A stretch of 64,000 nucleotides of DNA, from NCBI GenBank assembly GCA_963832905.1, contig CAWHVO010000002.1, positions 506,547 through 570,546 of the forward strand. Reading direction: 5' to 3'. Positions 36,813-46,223 of this stretch are shown in pieces. Every line of letters starts with the position of its first letter. Position 1 is the stretch's first letter. The notes under the pieces were generated by a model, which searched no databases, had not been told where the DNA came from, and saw only the letters and a list, made by a program, of their open reading frames with translations. The stretch comes from Terriglobia bacterium (lineage in GTDB: Bacteria > Acidobacteriota > Terriglobia > Bryobacterales > Bryobacteraceae). Made by a program: the position numbers and the translations under genes.

Positions 36813-38180
36813 TCATGCCGCCACCGCCATCCGTTCTGCTGTGATTTCTTCGAACGTCCGGCCGTCACCATCGAGGCGGGCCTCCTGGTTGCTCAGCCCC
36901 TGCCAGCGCAAGATCGACACGTCAACGTACTTCGGATCGAGTTCCATCCCGAAGCAGACGCGCCCGGTAATTTCCGCGGCCGCGAGTGTAGTGCCTGAGC
37001 CAATGAATGGCTCGTAAACCAGCTCGCCCTTCTTCGTGTGATTCAGGATCGGTTTCCGCATCAGCTCGACTGGCTTCTGTGTCGGGTGGTCGTATTTGTC
37101 CTCCTTTGAGCTGTTCATGATGAATTTTGGCGACGGGACACTCCAGATCGTGGAGTTCTCGCCGGGCTTGCCGTACCACGGCGCGTTCTTCTTGCGGACG
37201 AACCACGCCGGCTCGTGCTGAAACCAGTACAGCGTTCGCGTGAGCACCGTGCGCTGCTTGTCCCAAATGATCTGCTGGTGGTGAACGAAGCCGATGCGCA
37301 GGAGGCCGGCGAGGACTTCGGAAGTGAACCTGGACGCGTGCCACACGTAGGCCACCTGCAGGCTGGGCACAAGCTCGAACGCCCCGCTCCAGTCGGCTCT
37401 GGTGTCTCCGCTGATGCTCGTTTCATGATGGCCCGCGGTGCGGTGCCTCATGTAGCTCGGTTCGGCGGGCGCGGTGTTGTGTTTCTTCGTGTGCTCTTTC
37501 GACATCGCGGTTCGTTTCGCGCCAGGCACGCCGCCGTTGAGTCCGGCGCGGTCTCTCCATTCGGAATCGAGCTCGATGCCGTACGGTGGGTCAGTGACCA
37601 TCAGCAGCGGTTTGCGTCCGTCGAGGAGGCGCGATACCGCGTCGGCGCTGGTGGCATCCGCGCACAGAATGCGATGCTGATTCCGGCCGGTACCGCAGAG
37701 CCACAGGTCACCAGGGACAGTAACCGGGTTCGCGGGGACATCGGGGATTACGTTGGCCTGGTCGATAAGGTCCGGGTCGGCGAGCAGGTCTTCGAGTTCG
37801 CGCTCGTCGAAGCCCGTCAACGACAGATCGAACTCCAGCCCTTGCAGCTCCTCCAGCTCCGGGCCCAACAGTTCGAGATCCCAATCGGTCTCCTGATGGC
37901 TTCGGTTGTCCATAAGCCGGTACGCCTTCACCTGTGCCGGGGTCAAATTCTCGGCGACGTGAACCGGCACTTCGCGGAGGCCCAGCTTCTTCGCTGCCAG
38001 CCACCTGGTGTGACCGCAGACGATGACGCCGTCTTTATCGACGACGATGCATTGCCGGAATCCAAACTCGTGAATTGACGCGGCGACCTTGTCGATGGCC
38101 CGTTGGGGGATCTTCCTGCTATTTCGCGCGTAGGGGATGGGTCGTTCGATCGGCCACCACACCACTAAGAATTCGCTCAT
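36813..38180 (-). CDS. ParB-like nuclease domain fused to N4/N6 DNA methyltransferase
   Basis: 455 aa. ParB-N segment VVDKDGVIVCGHTRWLAAKKLG, followed by LMVTDPPYGI (DPPY) and the C-terminal SAM motif VYEPFIGSGTT. Confidence 0.9.
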   Translation of the reverse strand: MSEFLVVWWPIERPIPYARNSRKIPQRAIDKVAASIHEFGFRQCIVVDKDGVIVCGHTRWLAAKKLGLREVPVHVAENLTPAQVKAYRLMDNRSHQETDWDLELLGPELEELQGLEFDLSLTGFDERELEDLLADPDLIDQANVIPDVPANPVTVPGDLWLCGTGRNQHRILCADATSADAVSRLLDGRKPLLMVTDPPYGIELDSEWRDRAGLNGGVPGAKRTAMSKEHTKKHNTAPAEPSYMRHRTAGHHETSISGDTRADWSGAFELVPSLQVAYVWHASRFTSEVLAGLLRIGFVHHQQIIWDKQRTVLTRTLYWFQHEPAWFVRKKNAPWYGKPGENSTIWSVPSPKFIMNSSKEDKYDHPTQKPVELMRKPILNHTKKGELVYEPFIGSGTTLAAAEITGRVCFGMELDPKYVDVSILRWQGLSNQEARLDGDGRTFEEITAERMAVAA

Positions 38181-38322
38181 CCACGTACCTCATGCTGGAT
38201 TTGCGGATCTTTCGGTGGGTGCGCTTTGCGCTGGCCAGACGAACCGAGCCGGTATCTCCTTTATACACGATTCTCGTGGCGTTTTGGTACAAACATCCGT
38301 GTATTACTCTTGAGACTGTTCG

Positions 38323-39192
38323 GTGGATGTCATGAGGCCCATTGCTGAAGTGCTGGGGGGAATTCGCGACTCGATTGGTGAAGCGGAAAAAGCGTTCGGC
38401 AATTTCTACAGTGCATACGATAAGAGAGCTTCGGACTATCGCGACGAACAGAGCGGGATCGTCGAATATTTCCTTAATCGGGCATTTTTGGAGCTGAAGC
38501 TCTTCCTCGAGGCCAAGGGGACTCTGCAGATGCTCAAGGATGTAGCGGCTGACCACGTGAGAGCTGCGGCAGAATTCATGAAAGCGGAATTCACTCCGTG
38601 GGGGGACCCCTATTCCTTCTGGGCCGCGCATCTCAATAATTACGTGAAAGCAGTTGACACCACCTTCGGGCAGGCGTCACCCTCGGCGGTAACAAAGGAA
38701 CTCGTCGATATCCTGCGCGCGACCCAATATTCGATCACCGACCCAAAGTGCTTTCCGTCCCTACCTGCGGCCGAGGACGAGGTTCATGTCCGCATCGAGG
38801 CGGTTCTCCGTTGCGTCTTCCCTGACCTTCGCCACAAGCCACCGGTCGGAAAGCCGATCAAAAACTTTGAGCCAGACACAGGTCTTCCGTCGCTTCAGAC
38901 GCTCATCGAATACAAGTTTATCGCCACGGAGATTGATGTAAAGCGAGTCGCTGACGAAGTGCTTGCTGATACTCGGGGATACGTCTCCAGAGACTGGGAC
39001 AAATTTATCTATGTCATCTACGAAACCCGGCGTCTAAAGCCCGAAATCCAATGGAAGGAACTGCTGCGGTTAAGTGGCGTCGGCGAGAATACCCAGATTC
39101 TTGTGATCTCCGGGGAGCCAGGATCGGCGCGAACAACAAAGACAAAGACGCCAAGAAAGAGTCGGCCAGCCAAGAAGCCACAGACGCAATAG
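38323..39192 (+). CDS. hypothetical protein with C-terminal PD-(D/E)xK nuclease-like motifs
   Basis: 289 aa. EDEVHVRIEAVL ... NFEPDTGLPSLQTLIEYKF (D-x10-E-x-K) ... FIYVIYE, with a basic tail. It is divergent from the methylase across a 142-bp spacer. Confidence 0.65.
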   Translation: MDVMRPIAEVLGGIRDSIGEAEKAFGNFYSAYDKRASDYRDEQSGIVEYFLNRAFLELKLFLEAKGTLQMLKDVAADHVRAAAEFMKAEFTPWGDPYSFWAAHLNNYVKAVDTTFGQASPSAVTKELVDILRATQYSITDPKCFPSLPAAEDEVHVRIEAVLRCVFPDLRHKPPVGKPIKNFEPDTGLPSLQTLIEYKFIATEIDVKRVADEVLADTRGYVSRDWDKFIYVIYETRRLKPEIQWKELLRLSGVGENTQILVISGEPGSARTTKTKTPRKSRPAKKPQTQ

Positions 39193-39214
39193 TTGTTAGG
39201 CGGGGATCGACTAA

Positions 39215-39345
39215 ACCGCCAGCTATCTCACGCTCGCCCGCGGCCCGCGCGTGCAGATAACGGATGGTGGTAGCCACCAAGCGGTGCCTGAGTGTCGCCT
39301 GCACCAAGTGAATCGGTGCGCCGCGCGGGTCGAGCGCTTGGGCTG
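39215..39345 (-). pseudogene. tyrosine integrase, C-terminal fragment (paralog of 42476..43360)
   Basis: ...RGAPIHLVQATLRHRLVATTIRYLHARAAGE compares with GAPIHLVQATLGHRSVATTSRYLHARPGE in the intact copy. DNA similarity is visible at cgcgtgcagata..gg.tggt.gccacc. Confidence 0.7.
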
Positions 39346-39510
39346 CTCTGTCGAACCGAGCCGGTATTTATAACCGATTCAGGATTCAGGCGGTCTTTGC
39401 ATACGAGAACCTCAGCCTGCACGCCACGGGATACGATTGAGGAATTCGGACGTTCAAGGCCCGCGATTATGCCGCGCCGGACGGGACCTCCGACGGCAGG
39501 AGCGGATTCA

Positions 39511-39879
39511 ATGACTTGGGTGGATACATATTTTGCGGCTCTGTGCAGAAAGGTGCCCGACGCATCCGAAAGGGTTTCCTTTCTGGAAGTGCGTTTCGAC
39601 GACGGGTCCCAGCCGACGCGAAACAAGTGCCATGAGAATGTTGATCGATGGGTCAAGAATAACCCGCAATACTGGGCTGTAAGAGGATGGGCAGTCAATG
39701 GCAACGGCGGGTACTATCTGCTCGACGCGCACTCGGTGGTCTGTGACGAGCGTGGGGCCCTCTGGGATATAACTTTCCCGGATTTGGCTGCACACGGGTT
39801 GCTGTTCATCCGCCATTGGGGCGCCGCCGACGAATTCACCAGGGTGAGGGCGCAGCGCGAACAACACATCTGCCTTTGA
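39511..39879 (+). CDS. hypothetical protein
   Basis: ATG 39511 inside track ORF 39292..39879. MTWVDTYFAALCRKVPDASERVSFLEVRFDDGSQPTRNKCHENVDRWV... Confidence 0.5.
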   Translation: MTWVDTYFAALCRKVPDASERVSFLEVRFDDGSQPTRNKCHENVDRWVKNNPQYWAVRGWAVNGNGGYYLLDAHSVVCDERGALWDITFPDLAAHGLLFIRHWGAADEFTRVRAQREQHICL

Positions 39880-40083
39880 GCTTTCCACGCGACTGTTGCA
39901 GGAACCGGACCGCCAACATCGCCGGAACCGGGCCGCGAATGGCACGAAGTGAGCATTCCCGAAGGTTGTATGTCAAAGATGAATCTTGCGAGTCGCCCCC
40001 GGTCCCCGACAGGATTCAAGTATGGGCGATCTCCGACGCGGCTTTCCCTGTCGATTCATTGCCCCTCCATCCGCACTCTGCGG

Positions 40084-41535
40084 ATGGGGAGAAGACGGTC
40101 AACCGCAGGAGGAAAGAGCTTGAAGAAGACAAGAATTCTCTGGACGCTGATCGCCTTCGCCGTCATATCTTCGGCCCAGCCGGTCATGACCAACCAGACC
40201 GTTGAAGCCATGCTCAGGGGTGGCGTTGCCGTACCAACGATCCTCACCGCTATCAAGACGGCCGCATACATCCAACTCTTCACATCGAAGGAATTTTATG
40301 ATCGCCTGCTAAACGCGGGGGCTACTCCGAGCGTTGCCGATCAAATCGTGCAGGCCATGCATGACCGCACTTACAAGGGTGCTGTGCGTCCCGAGGATGC
40401 TAGACCGGTTCCGGTCGCGGTGGCCCTCGCTCGCCCGTCCGTTGTGCCGACCGCAATCGCTCAGCCTGTCGAGACCCCTGCTCCTGTGGTGCCGCCGCCT
40501 CCACCGGTCGTGGTGCCGGCACCTGCCCTCATCGCCCCGGTTCTTCATACGATGACTCTGGAAGACGGAACTCCCGTGAGGCTGCGCATTTCCCACAACC
40601 TTTCGTCCGCCGATGCCACTACAAACGAAACGGTCGACTTTGAAGTTCTTGAGGAAGTCAAAGTTGGGGACCGGATTGTGATTCCGAAAGCCTCGATTGC
40701 GTGGGGAACCGTCACGGATGCGGAAGCCAAGAGGCGCATGGGCAGAGCCGGGAAACTCAACGTCACGATAGATGCCGTTCGCCTTGCCGATGGAGAAAAG
40801 CTTGCACTGCGCGGGATCAAAGATGTGAAAGGCGGCGGGCATGTGGGAGCGATGACAACGGGGATTGTTCTAACCAGTCTTGTGGTTTGGCCCGCCGCAC
40901 CGTTGTTTCTGCTGATGCATGGGAAAGACGTCACGATTCCGAAAGGGACGGAGATCACGGCATACACGAATGGCAACATGACGCTCAATAGCGAGAAGTT
41001 TTCTCGTTCGAGCACGTCTTCTGTCGCAGATCCATCGCCGCAGAGCGTCCAGCCTGGCGTTAGCGCGCAGGAGCCAGAGTTCGCCGAGGTATTTTTTGGG
41101 CTGGCTGGCACAAACCTGGTTCCGCTGCAACGTCAGGCGGTTACGACTCAAGTCAACGTAACGGGATTCCTGGTAGTGAATGGAAAGGGGGTTCTGGCGT
41201 TCCCAGGCGCGGCTTCCCCCGTGCGGTTCCGGTCTGGCGAACTCGTGTTTGTGGTGCGCTCGCTTTCCGCGACGACCGCGGCCGATCCGACGGACCTTTA
41301 CCATCTCCGCAAACTTACGCCAGAGAAAGACGAGCGCGAGACCATCATGTCGACGGTTCACGTTTCGCCGCTGGGGGCGTCCGCATCGAACACGCGTTCC
41401 GACGGGGTTTTTCCTGTTCGGTTTTCGCGATATGGAGCGTCGCCCTACAAGGTCACGGTCAACGCGCTGCCGCCTGGTGAATATGCCCTCGGGCGAGCTG
41501 GGGAACACACGGCCTTCTGCTTCGGCGTCGATTAG
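40084..41535 (+). CDS. exported hypothetical protein
   Basis: Signal peptide KKTRILWTLIAFAVISSAQP, a Pro-rich linker and beta-rich domains. The start is uncertain (the track ORF begins at 39949). Confidence 0.7.
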   Translation: MGRRRSTAGGKSLKKTRILWTLIAFAVISSAQPVMTNQTVEAMLRGGVAVPTILTAIKTAAYIQLFTSKEFYDRLLNAGATPSVADQIVQAMHDRTYKGAVRPEDARPVPVAVALARPSVVPTAIAQPVETPAPVVPPPPPVVVPAPALIAPVLHTMTLEDGTPVRLRISHNLSSADATTNETVDFEVLEEVKVGDRIVIPKASIAWGTVTDAEAKRRMGRAGKLNVTIDAVRLADGEKLALRGIKDVKGGGHVGAMTTGIVLTSLVVWPAAPLFLLMHGKDVTIPKGTEITAYTNGNMTLNSEKFSRSSTSSVADPSPQSVQPGVSAQEPEFAEVFFGLAGTNLVPLQRQAVTTQVNVTGFLVVNGKGVLAFPGAASPVRFRSGELVFVVRSLSATTAADPTDLYHLRKLTPEKDERETIMSTVHVSPLGASASNTRSDGVFPVRFSRYGASPYKVTVNALPPGEYALGRAGEHTAFCFGVD

Positions 41536-41727
41536 CCAGTTCGCACATTCGTCTCGGCCCGTGGGAAAGATGGACTCCCTGCGTTAATGACCGCGAATGG
41601 GATTCCCTGCGGGGTACTACAGAGGCCACATATCGCGCCGACCCGGTCCGAGGCACGTGAACGGACATGATGACGAGCCTCCCTGTGTTTTCGTGAATCA
41701 GCCGGTTTCAGCGATGATAAGAGCACC

Positions 41728-42376
41728 ATGGCTCCAGTTCTGCTCGCGCTCATCACCACGGCTAGTGGACTGATCGGTGTGGTGCTCGGCGGGTGGCTCA
41801 CGTCCCGCAATCAGAAGCGGGAGCGCCAGATCAGGTTCTTCCACGAACAGCTTGGCGAATTCTACGGCCCTCCTGCTGGCAATGCGCGCGGAAGTGCTTG
41901 CGAAAGCGGAGCTTCGGTTGAAAATTAGCGGCGCGGCAGCCGCCGAATGGCACCAACTAATTGGAGATGCCAGGCGGGGTGGCGGCATTGACCCGGTCCG
42001 CGAGGTGAGGGAAGCGAGCTCCCCAGTTTTCCAAGAGATTATCAAGTACAACAATCGTCAGTTCGCCGAAGAGATCATGCCCATCTACCGAAAAATGGTC
42101 CAGCGCTTCCTGGACAAAATTCAGCTCGCCGACGCCTCGACCCGCGGGTATCTGCAAGAGCTAATCTATTTCGTTGAAATCTGGGATCGATGGCTCACCG
42201 AGTCGATCCCCGCCGAGGTTGTGGAACGCCTTGGGCATTCGGAGGAGAAGCTCTTCCCGTTCTACCGTGACGTGGCTTCGAATTTCTCGGCGCTTCAGGC
42301 GGAGGTGAAAGAAGCGCACCAGCCGTCGCGCCGTCGCGGGCCGTCCGAGCCTGTCAAGGTTGTTCCGTCACGATAA
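41728..42376 (+). pseudogene. membrane-anchored hypothetical protein with one frameshift (about 41868)
   Basis: MAPVLLALITTASGLIGVVLGGWLTSRNQKRERQIRFFHEQLGEFYGP, then a frame change to LLLAMRAEVLAKAELRLKIS...FYRDVASNFSALQAEVKE. Confidence 0.5.
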
Positions 42377-42475
42377 GACTCGGAGATTTCGAAGCGGCAG
42401 GCTTTGCTACTCGCCGCCACATGGCCATCTAACGCGTGATCCGTGGAAGTGGCAACCGGACTTGGTGGGGCAGAT

Positions 42476-43360
42476 TTAGAAAGCGAGGTATCGGGCGCTT
42501 GACTCGCCCGGCCGCGCGTGCAGATACCGGCTGGTAGTGGCCACCGACCGATGCCCGAGGGTGGCCTGAACCAGATGAATCGGCGCACCCCGGTCGAGCG
42601 CGTGGGAAGCGTGCGCGTGCCGGAGCCAGTGCGTGCTGACGTTGGCGGCAATCCCGGCCCGCAAGCTGGCTTCCCGCACGATCCGGGTGACCCGCGACCG
42701 TTCCAGCGGCTTGCCCGAACGTGACGCGAACACTGGCGCGTCCGCGCCCGCTGTGGCCCTCAGGCCGAGGAGTTGGCCCCACACGCCAACCGGCAAGAAA
42801 ACGACGCGCGTGCGCCCGCCCTTACCGTGAATCAGGATCTGGCCAGCCTCGCTGCGGGTCTGAAGATTCCGCCAGCGCAGACCACACGCTTCGGAGACGC
42901 GCAGGCCGGCGGCGTAGAGCACGGCGAGGAGGACCCGGTTGCGTTCATCCGGTTCCAGCGCGATCATCCGGCCCACGTCTTCCTCGGGGATTATCCGCTC
43001 GGAGAGAGCCGTTTCGGATCGAGGCAGTTCCAGCCCTGCCGCCACGTTGCGAGAGTACCCGATGCGCTCCGCGAAACGGAAGAAGCTGCGGATCGCGGCG
43101 AGTGTCCGCCCTTGGGAGATAGGCGCCAGCCCCGTCCCGGCCAGCGCCTCGGCGAATTGCTCCAGATCGAGCGGGTCAGTTTCCGCGAGGGTTTTGTCCG
43201 ACCAGGTACCCAAACGGGCCATGTCGCGTCGGTAGACGCTCCGGGTCGCTGGACTGCGCTGTCGGCGCAGCCAAAGCTCGACCATTTCGGAGTCGCTCAA
43301 ACTGTTGGGGCCATGGGGTTTGCTGATCCTCATAACTGTCCTTATGTAGCGTTGGGGCAT
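42476..43360 (-). CDS. tyrosine recombinase/integrase (XerC/D-like)
   Basis: 294 aa. AGLRVSEACGLRW, HWLRHAHASHAL, LGHRSVATTSRYLH (R...HxxR...Y). Confidence 0.92.
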   Translation of the reverse strand: MPQRYIRTVMRISKPHGPNSLSDSEMVELWLRRQRSPATRSVYRRDMARLGTWSDKTLAETDPLDLEQFAEALAGTGLAPISQGRTLAAIRSFFRFAERIGYSRNVAAGLELPRSETALSERIIPEEDVGRMIALEPDERNRVLLAVLYAAGLRVSEACGLRWRNLQTRSEAGQILIHGKGGRTRVVFLPVGVWGQLLGLRATAGADAPVFASRSGKPLERSRVTRIVREASLRAGIAANVSTHWLRHAHASHALDRGAPIHLVQATLGHRSVATTSRYLHARPGESSARYLAF

Positions 43361-43541
43361 GTCTATACATTCGCTCTGAACGGGACAAAATGCGAGTGCG
43401 GTTTATCGCCAGCAGCCCTGTGTTTCGATTCGGAAAATCGACGTGAGAAGTCGAGCAAGTAGGGGCAACGCAAAGGCTAAAGTCGTAGCTGGGTTCGCTG
43501 CGGTTCGATCTCTACGGTTAAGTTCTCATTCCGAAGGACAC

Positions 43542-44651
43542 CTACTTGAAGCCGAACTTCTGTCTTTCGCTGCTCGACAGCAGACGCGCGAGCGAATCTC
43601 TCTCGATTCCAGGAATCTCACGCCTTATGCGGCGGGCGAGGTCGAAGGCGCCGCGCCCAAATAACGATGGCCCGAACTCATTCAAGAGTGAGGGTACGGA
43701 CCGAGCCGCTTGACCAACGCCACCGGTGATCGCCCCAATCACCGGCTTTCCACCTGACATGGCGGTTATTAACGCGCCAGCGGCAATTCCGGCTGTGATA
43801 TCCCAGAACACCCGAATCGGGCGGGTCTGGAACTGGTTCTGCTGCGGGACAAATAGCCTGGAAGCCTGCGCCAGTTCATCCCTGATTTCGATTCCTTGAG
43901 CCAGTGTGCTGCATTTCCTAAGCGCCTCCAGCAGTTCCCATACTTTTCGTCGCGCGCTGGACCACTCCTGCCTCAGGTCTGCCAATACAGCAGGAATGGC
44001 GTCGCGTCTCGCGCAGCGAGCGGTCAGAATCCCCAGGACAGGAGGCACCAAAAGACCAAAACCATCATTAGCGGACGCTCGCGCGTACTCTTGCCACGCG
44101 GTGTCAAGATCACCGAATAGCGCTTCAGGACCGTGCCCTCCGTCCTCATCGTTCGCCGTGGTGCCGTTCGAAATCAACACGCTACCGCCAGCCACCAGAT
44201 AGCCAGCGGATAAACCAGCACCGAACGCCACAGCAATCAGGTTCGGCAGTAACCGGTCGATTCCCTCTACGGTAACCTCGTGGTCCTCTTTCTGAGCGAG
44301 TGAAGCCTCGGTGGCCACGATTGCTGCTCGGAATAATTCACCGACATTGGGCATGGGGATTGTGTCTGCCGCGTAGCGACGGAGCAATCCGTATTCATTC
44401 AACTCTGGTGGGGCAATATGACACTCGGCTTCACCACCATCGACGATCGTAATCGTAATGTCTGGTTTGAGAAGAGCGCTATCGTGAAGGACAATTGCTC
44501 TCACGAATCGCTCAACAAGAGGGAGATCGTCTGGCTCCAGTGGCCCCTCGATCAGTCGCCTAAATGGCTGGAATGACTCCGAATCGCAAAGCAGACTTCT
44601 CACGTCAATCGTCATTTTACTCGGTGTGGATTCGCGTCGAATCGAATACAT
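43542..44651 (-). CDS. hypothetical protein
   Basis: 369 aa with protein-like composition. Gly-rich hydrophobic segment ITAGIAAGALITAMSGGKPVIGAITGG. No domain recognised. Confidence 0.65.
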   Translation of the reverse strand: MYSIRRESTPSKMTIDVRSLLCDSESFQPFRRLIEGPLEPDDLPLVERFVRAIVLHDSALLKPDITITIVDGGEAECHIAPPELNEYGLLRRYAADTIPMPNVGELFRAAIVATEASLAQKEDHEVTVEGIDRLLPNLIAVAFGAGLSAGYLVAGGSVLISNGTTANDEDGGHGPEALFGDLDTAWQEYARASANDGFGLLVPPVLGILTARCARRDAIPAVLADLRQEWSSARRKVWELLEALRKCSTLAQGIEIRDELAQASRLFVPQQNQFQTRPIRVFWDITAGIAAGALITAMSGGKPVIGAITGGVGQAARSVPSLLNEFGPSLFGRGAFDLARRIRREIPGIERDSLARLLSSSERQKFGFK

Positions 44652-44778
44652 TTGCCCGCCAGGGGATCTTCGAAGAAGTTGCTTGAACGCTGTAGTAATC
44701 CAGAGAATTCGTCCAGGTGACGCAGTAAAGCCGCCGGGATTGAATCCGGCGGCTGGAAGGAAGCGGGGTGGCGGTTGC

Positions 44779-45357
44779 TCAGCCCCTGATTGAATAGCGG
44801 CGTTCGTCGGCGACCTTCTCGCTGATTACGGTCAGCCCGTGTTTTTTCGCCAGGGAGCCTCCGGCGCTCATGAGGGCCCGCGTCGTGTGCGGCAACCAGC
44901 CGAACTTCGTGCAGATTTGATCGAGCGTCGCGCCGCCGGCCCTCTTGAGCATCTCGATGAGCTGGGCAGTCTTGCTGGTCGCGCGGGGTCCGTTCCCCGC
45001 GGGCTTCGCGGCCTTTTTGGCTGGTTTGGGTGCTTTCTTCGCGCGGCTGGCCTTCTTCTTCGCGGGGGCCTCCTCGGGCGCGGCGTCGGCGCTTTGTGCC
45101 GCCTCCGGGTCGCCCAGCTTCTGGAGTTCCGCCCAGATCCGGGCCACGGCCTTCTTGCGGTCCGCGAACTTCTTGACCGGGGTCACACCGGTCAGGCTGT
45201 TGAAGATTTCCACCAGGCGGCTGGCGGGCCACGCGGCCGCGAGTTCCGCGAGCGCGTCCTGGCTGGTGAAAAGCTCGGTCCCTTCCGCTTTCGGGGCGGC
45301 CTTGGTCGAAGCGTAGACCACGATGTTATTCTCTGCGTTGATGCTAAATATTTTCAT
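44779..45357 (-). CDS. DUF3489-like protein with Lys/Ala-rich linker
   Basis: C-terminus SKTAQLIEMLKRAGGATLDQICTKFGWLPHTTRALMSAGGSLAKKHGLTVISEK. Confidence 0.75.
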   Translation of the reverse strand: MKIFSINAENNIVVYASTKAAPKAEGTELFTSQDALAELAAAWPASRLVEIFNSLTGVTPVKKFADRKKAVARIWAELQKLGDPEAAQSADAAPEEAPAKKKASRAKKAPKPAKKAAKPAGNGPRATSKTAQLIEMLKRAGGATLDQICTKFGWLPHTTRALMSAGGSLAKKHGLTVISEKVADERRYSIRG

Positions 45358-45763
45358 TTCAATCTCCTATGGGCAGCGTCTGCTGCGTCACCACATGAAT
45401 CGCTCTGGTTGGAGAACACATGCAAGTGGATTCTGCGAGGTGGCTGAAGAAATCTTGGGACGCCCGATGTAATCGGCGAAACGGCGGGTGAGGGGCTTTT
45501 TATGGGGGGACAAAACGAGCGCCGCAACAGGCCGCCGAACATGCAATCGATACGTTTGGGCCAACTGAATCCGGCTGTCTCGAAGTCGCTTTCTATAACG
45601 GGGGTGGCGGGGCCAAGATGGGTTTTGCGCGGGCAATCGCGGCGACCGCATACGGAGTGAATGTGGGCGGCCCGGTTACAAGGAAAACTGGCCGCGACAA
45701 CGCGTACCGCGCGCTGCTCGGCTACCGACACGCAACTCGCGCCGTCGATTGCATGGTCGTCTA

Positions 45764-46153
45764 TTACCTCTGGGACAGGTTCGGCAAGTGATCACTCAGG
45801 GCCGTCGTTTCGAGCAGAAACGGCAGCCCATGCCGAAACTCAAGCCGCACAATGTAGCCGTCCCGGAGCCTCTCTATCTCGGCGAGCAGATCCCATATCG
45901 TCTTTTTCAGTTCGGGATCATCCGAGACTGGCACTTTCAGTCCGCCGTCTTTGCTGCCAAGTAGCGCAGTGCGGATGACGCTCAGCCGCTCATCTGGCGC
46001 CGGCTGCCCGCCCTCAATGCGCAGATTCTCGATCCGGCCGAACTGGTACTCAAACATGATCTGGACGAGCCAGTGCTGGGCGGGGTTCAGATCGCCCCTT
46101 GTGCGATGCGGACGTGATGCGGGGAGCGATGAAGTTGTTGGAGTCATTGACAT
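45764..46153 (-). CDS. hypothetical protein
   Basis: 129-aa ORF: ...WLVQIMFEYQFGRIENLRIEGGQP...IWDLLAEIERLRDGYIVRLEFRHGLPFLLE. Confidence 0.6.
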   Translation of the reverse strand: MSMTPTTSSLPASRPHRTRGDLNPAQHWLVQIMFEYQFGRIENLRIEGGQPAPDERLSVIRTALLGSKDGGLKVPVSDDPELKKTIWDLLAEIERLRDGYIVRLEFRHGLPFLLETTALSDHLPNLSQR

Positions 46154-46223
46154 AGAGTTGTCTCAGGAATCGTCATTGTGCTTGGTATCGAGAACTGCCT
46201 GCGCACGTCACGGACGACCAATC

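Noticed and set aside
36683-36815. Possible Sec recoding or read-through of the methylase TGA (36815-36813) into the in-frame protein-like stretch IEGCRREIAEIESQIRAGHPDLDGLCLALADWSAELRLIEKEE
   Set aside because: The downstream palindrome CCGCGA-GA-UCGCGG has no G-U-containing apical loop at SECIS spacing, and U-x3-C is not a known redox motif. A small gene that lost its start, or a frameshift, is more likely: an ATG in the +1 frame overlaps both neighbours by ATGA but gives an Arg-rich product. This remains unresolved.
37215-38078. 287-aa plus-strand ORF
   Set aside because: It is an antisense shadow of the ParB-methyltransferase gene with an Arg/Gly/Ala-rich composition.
42773-43462. 229-aa plus-strand ORF
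   Set aside because: It is an antisense shadow of the tyrosine integrase gene.
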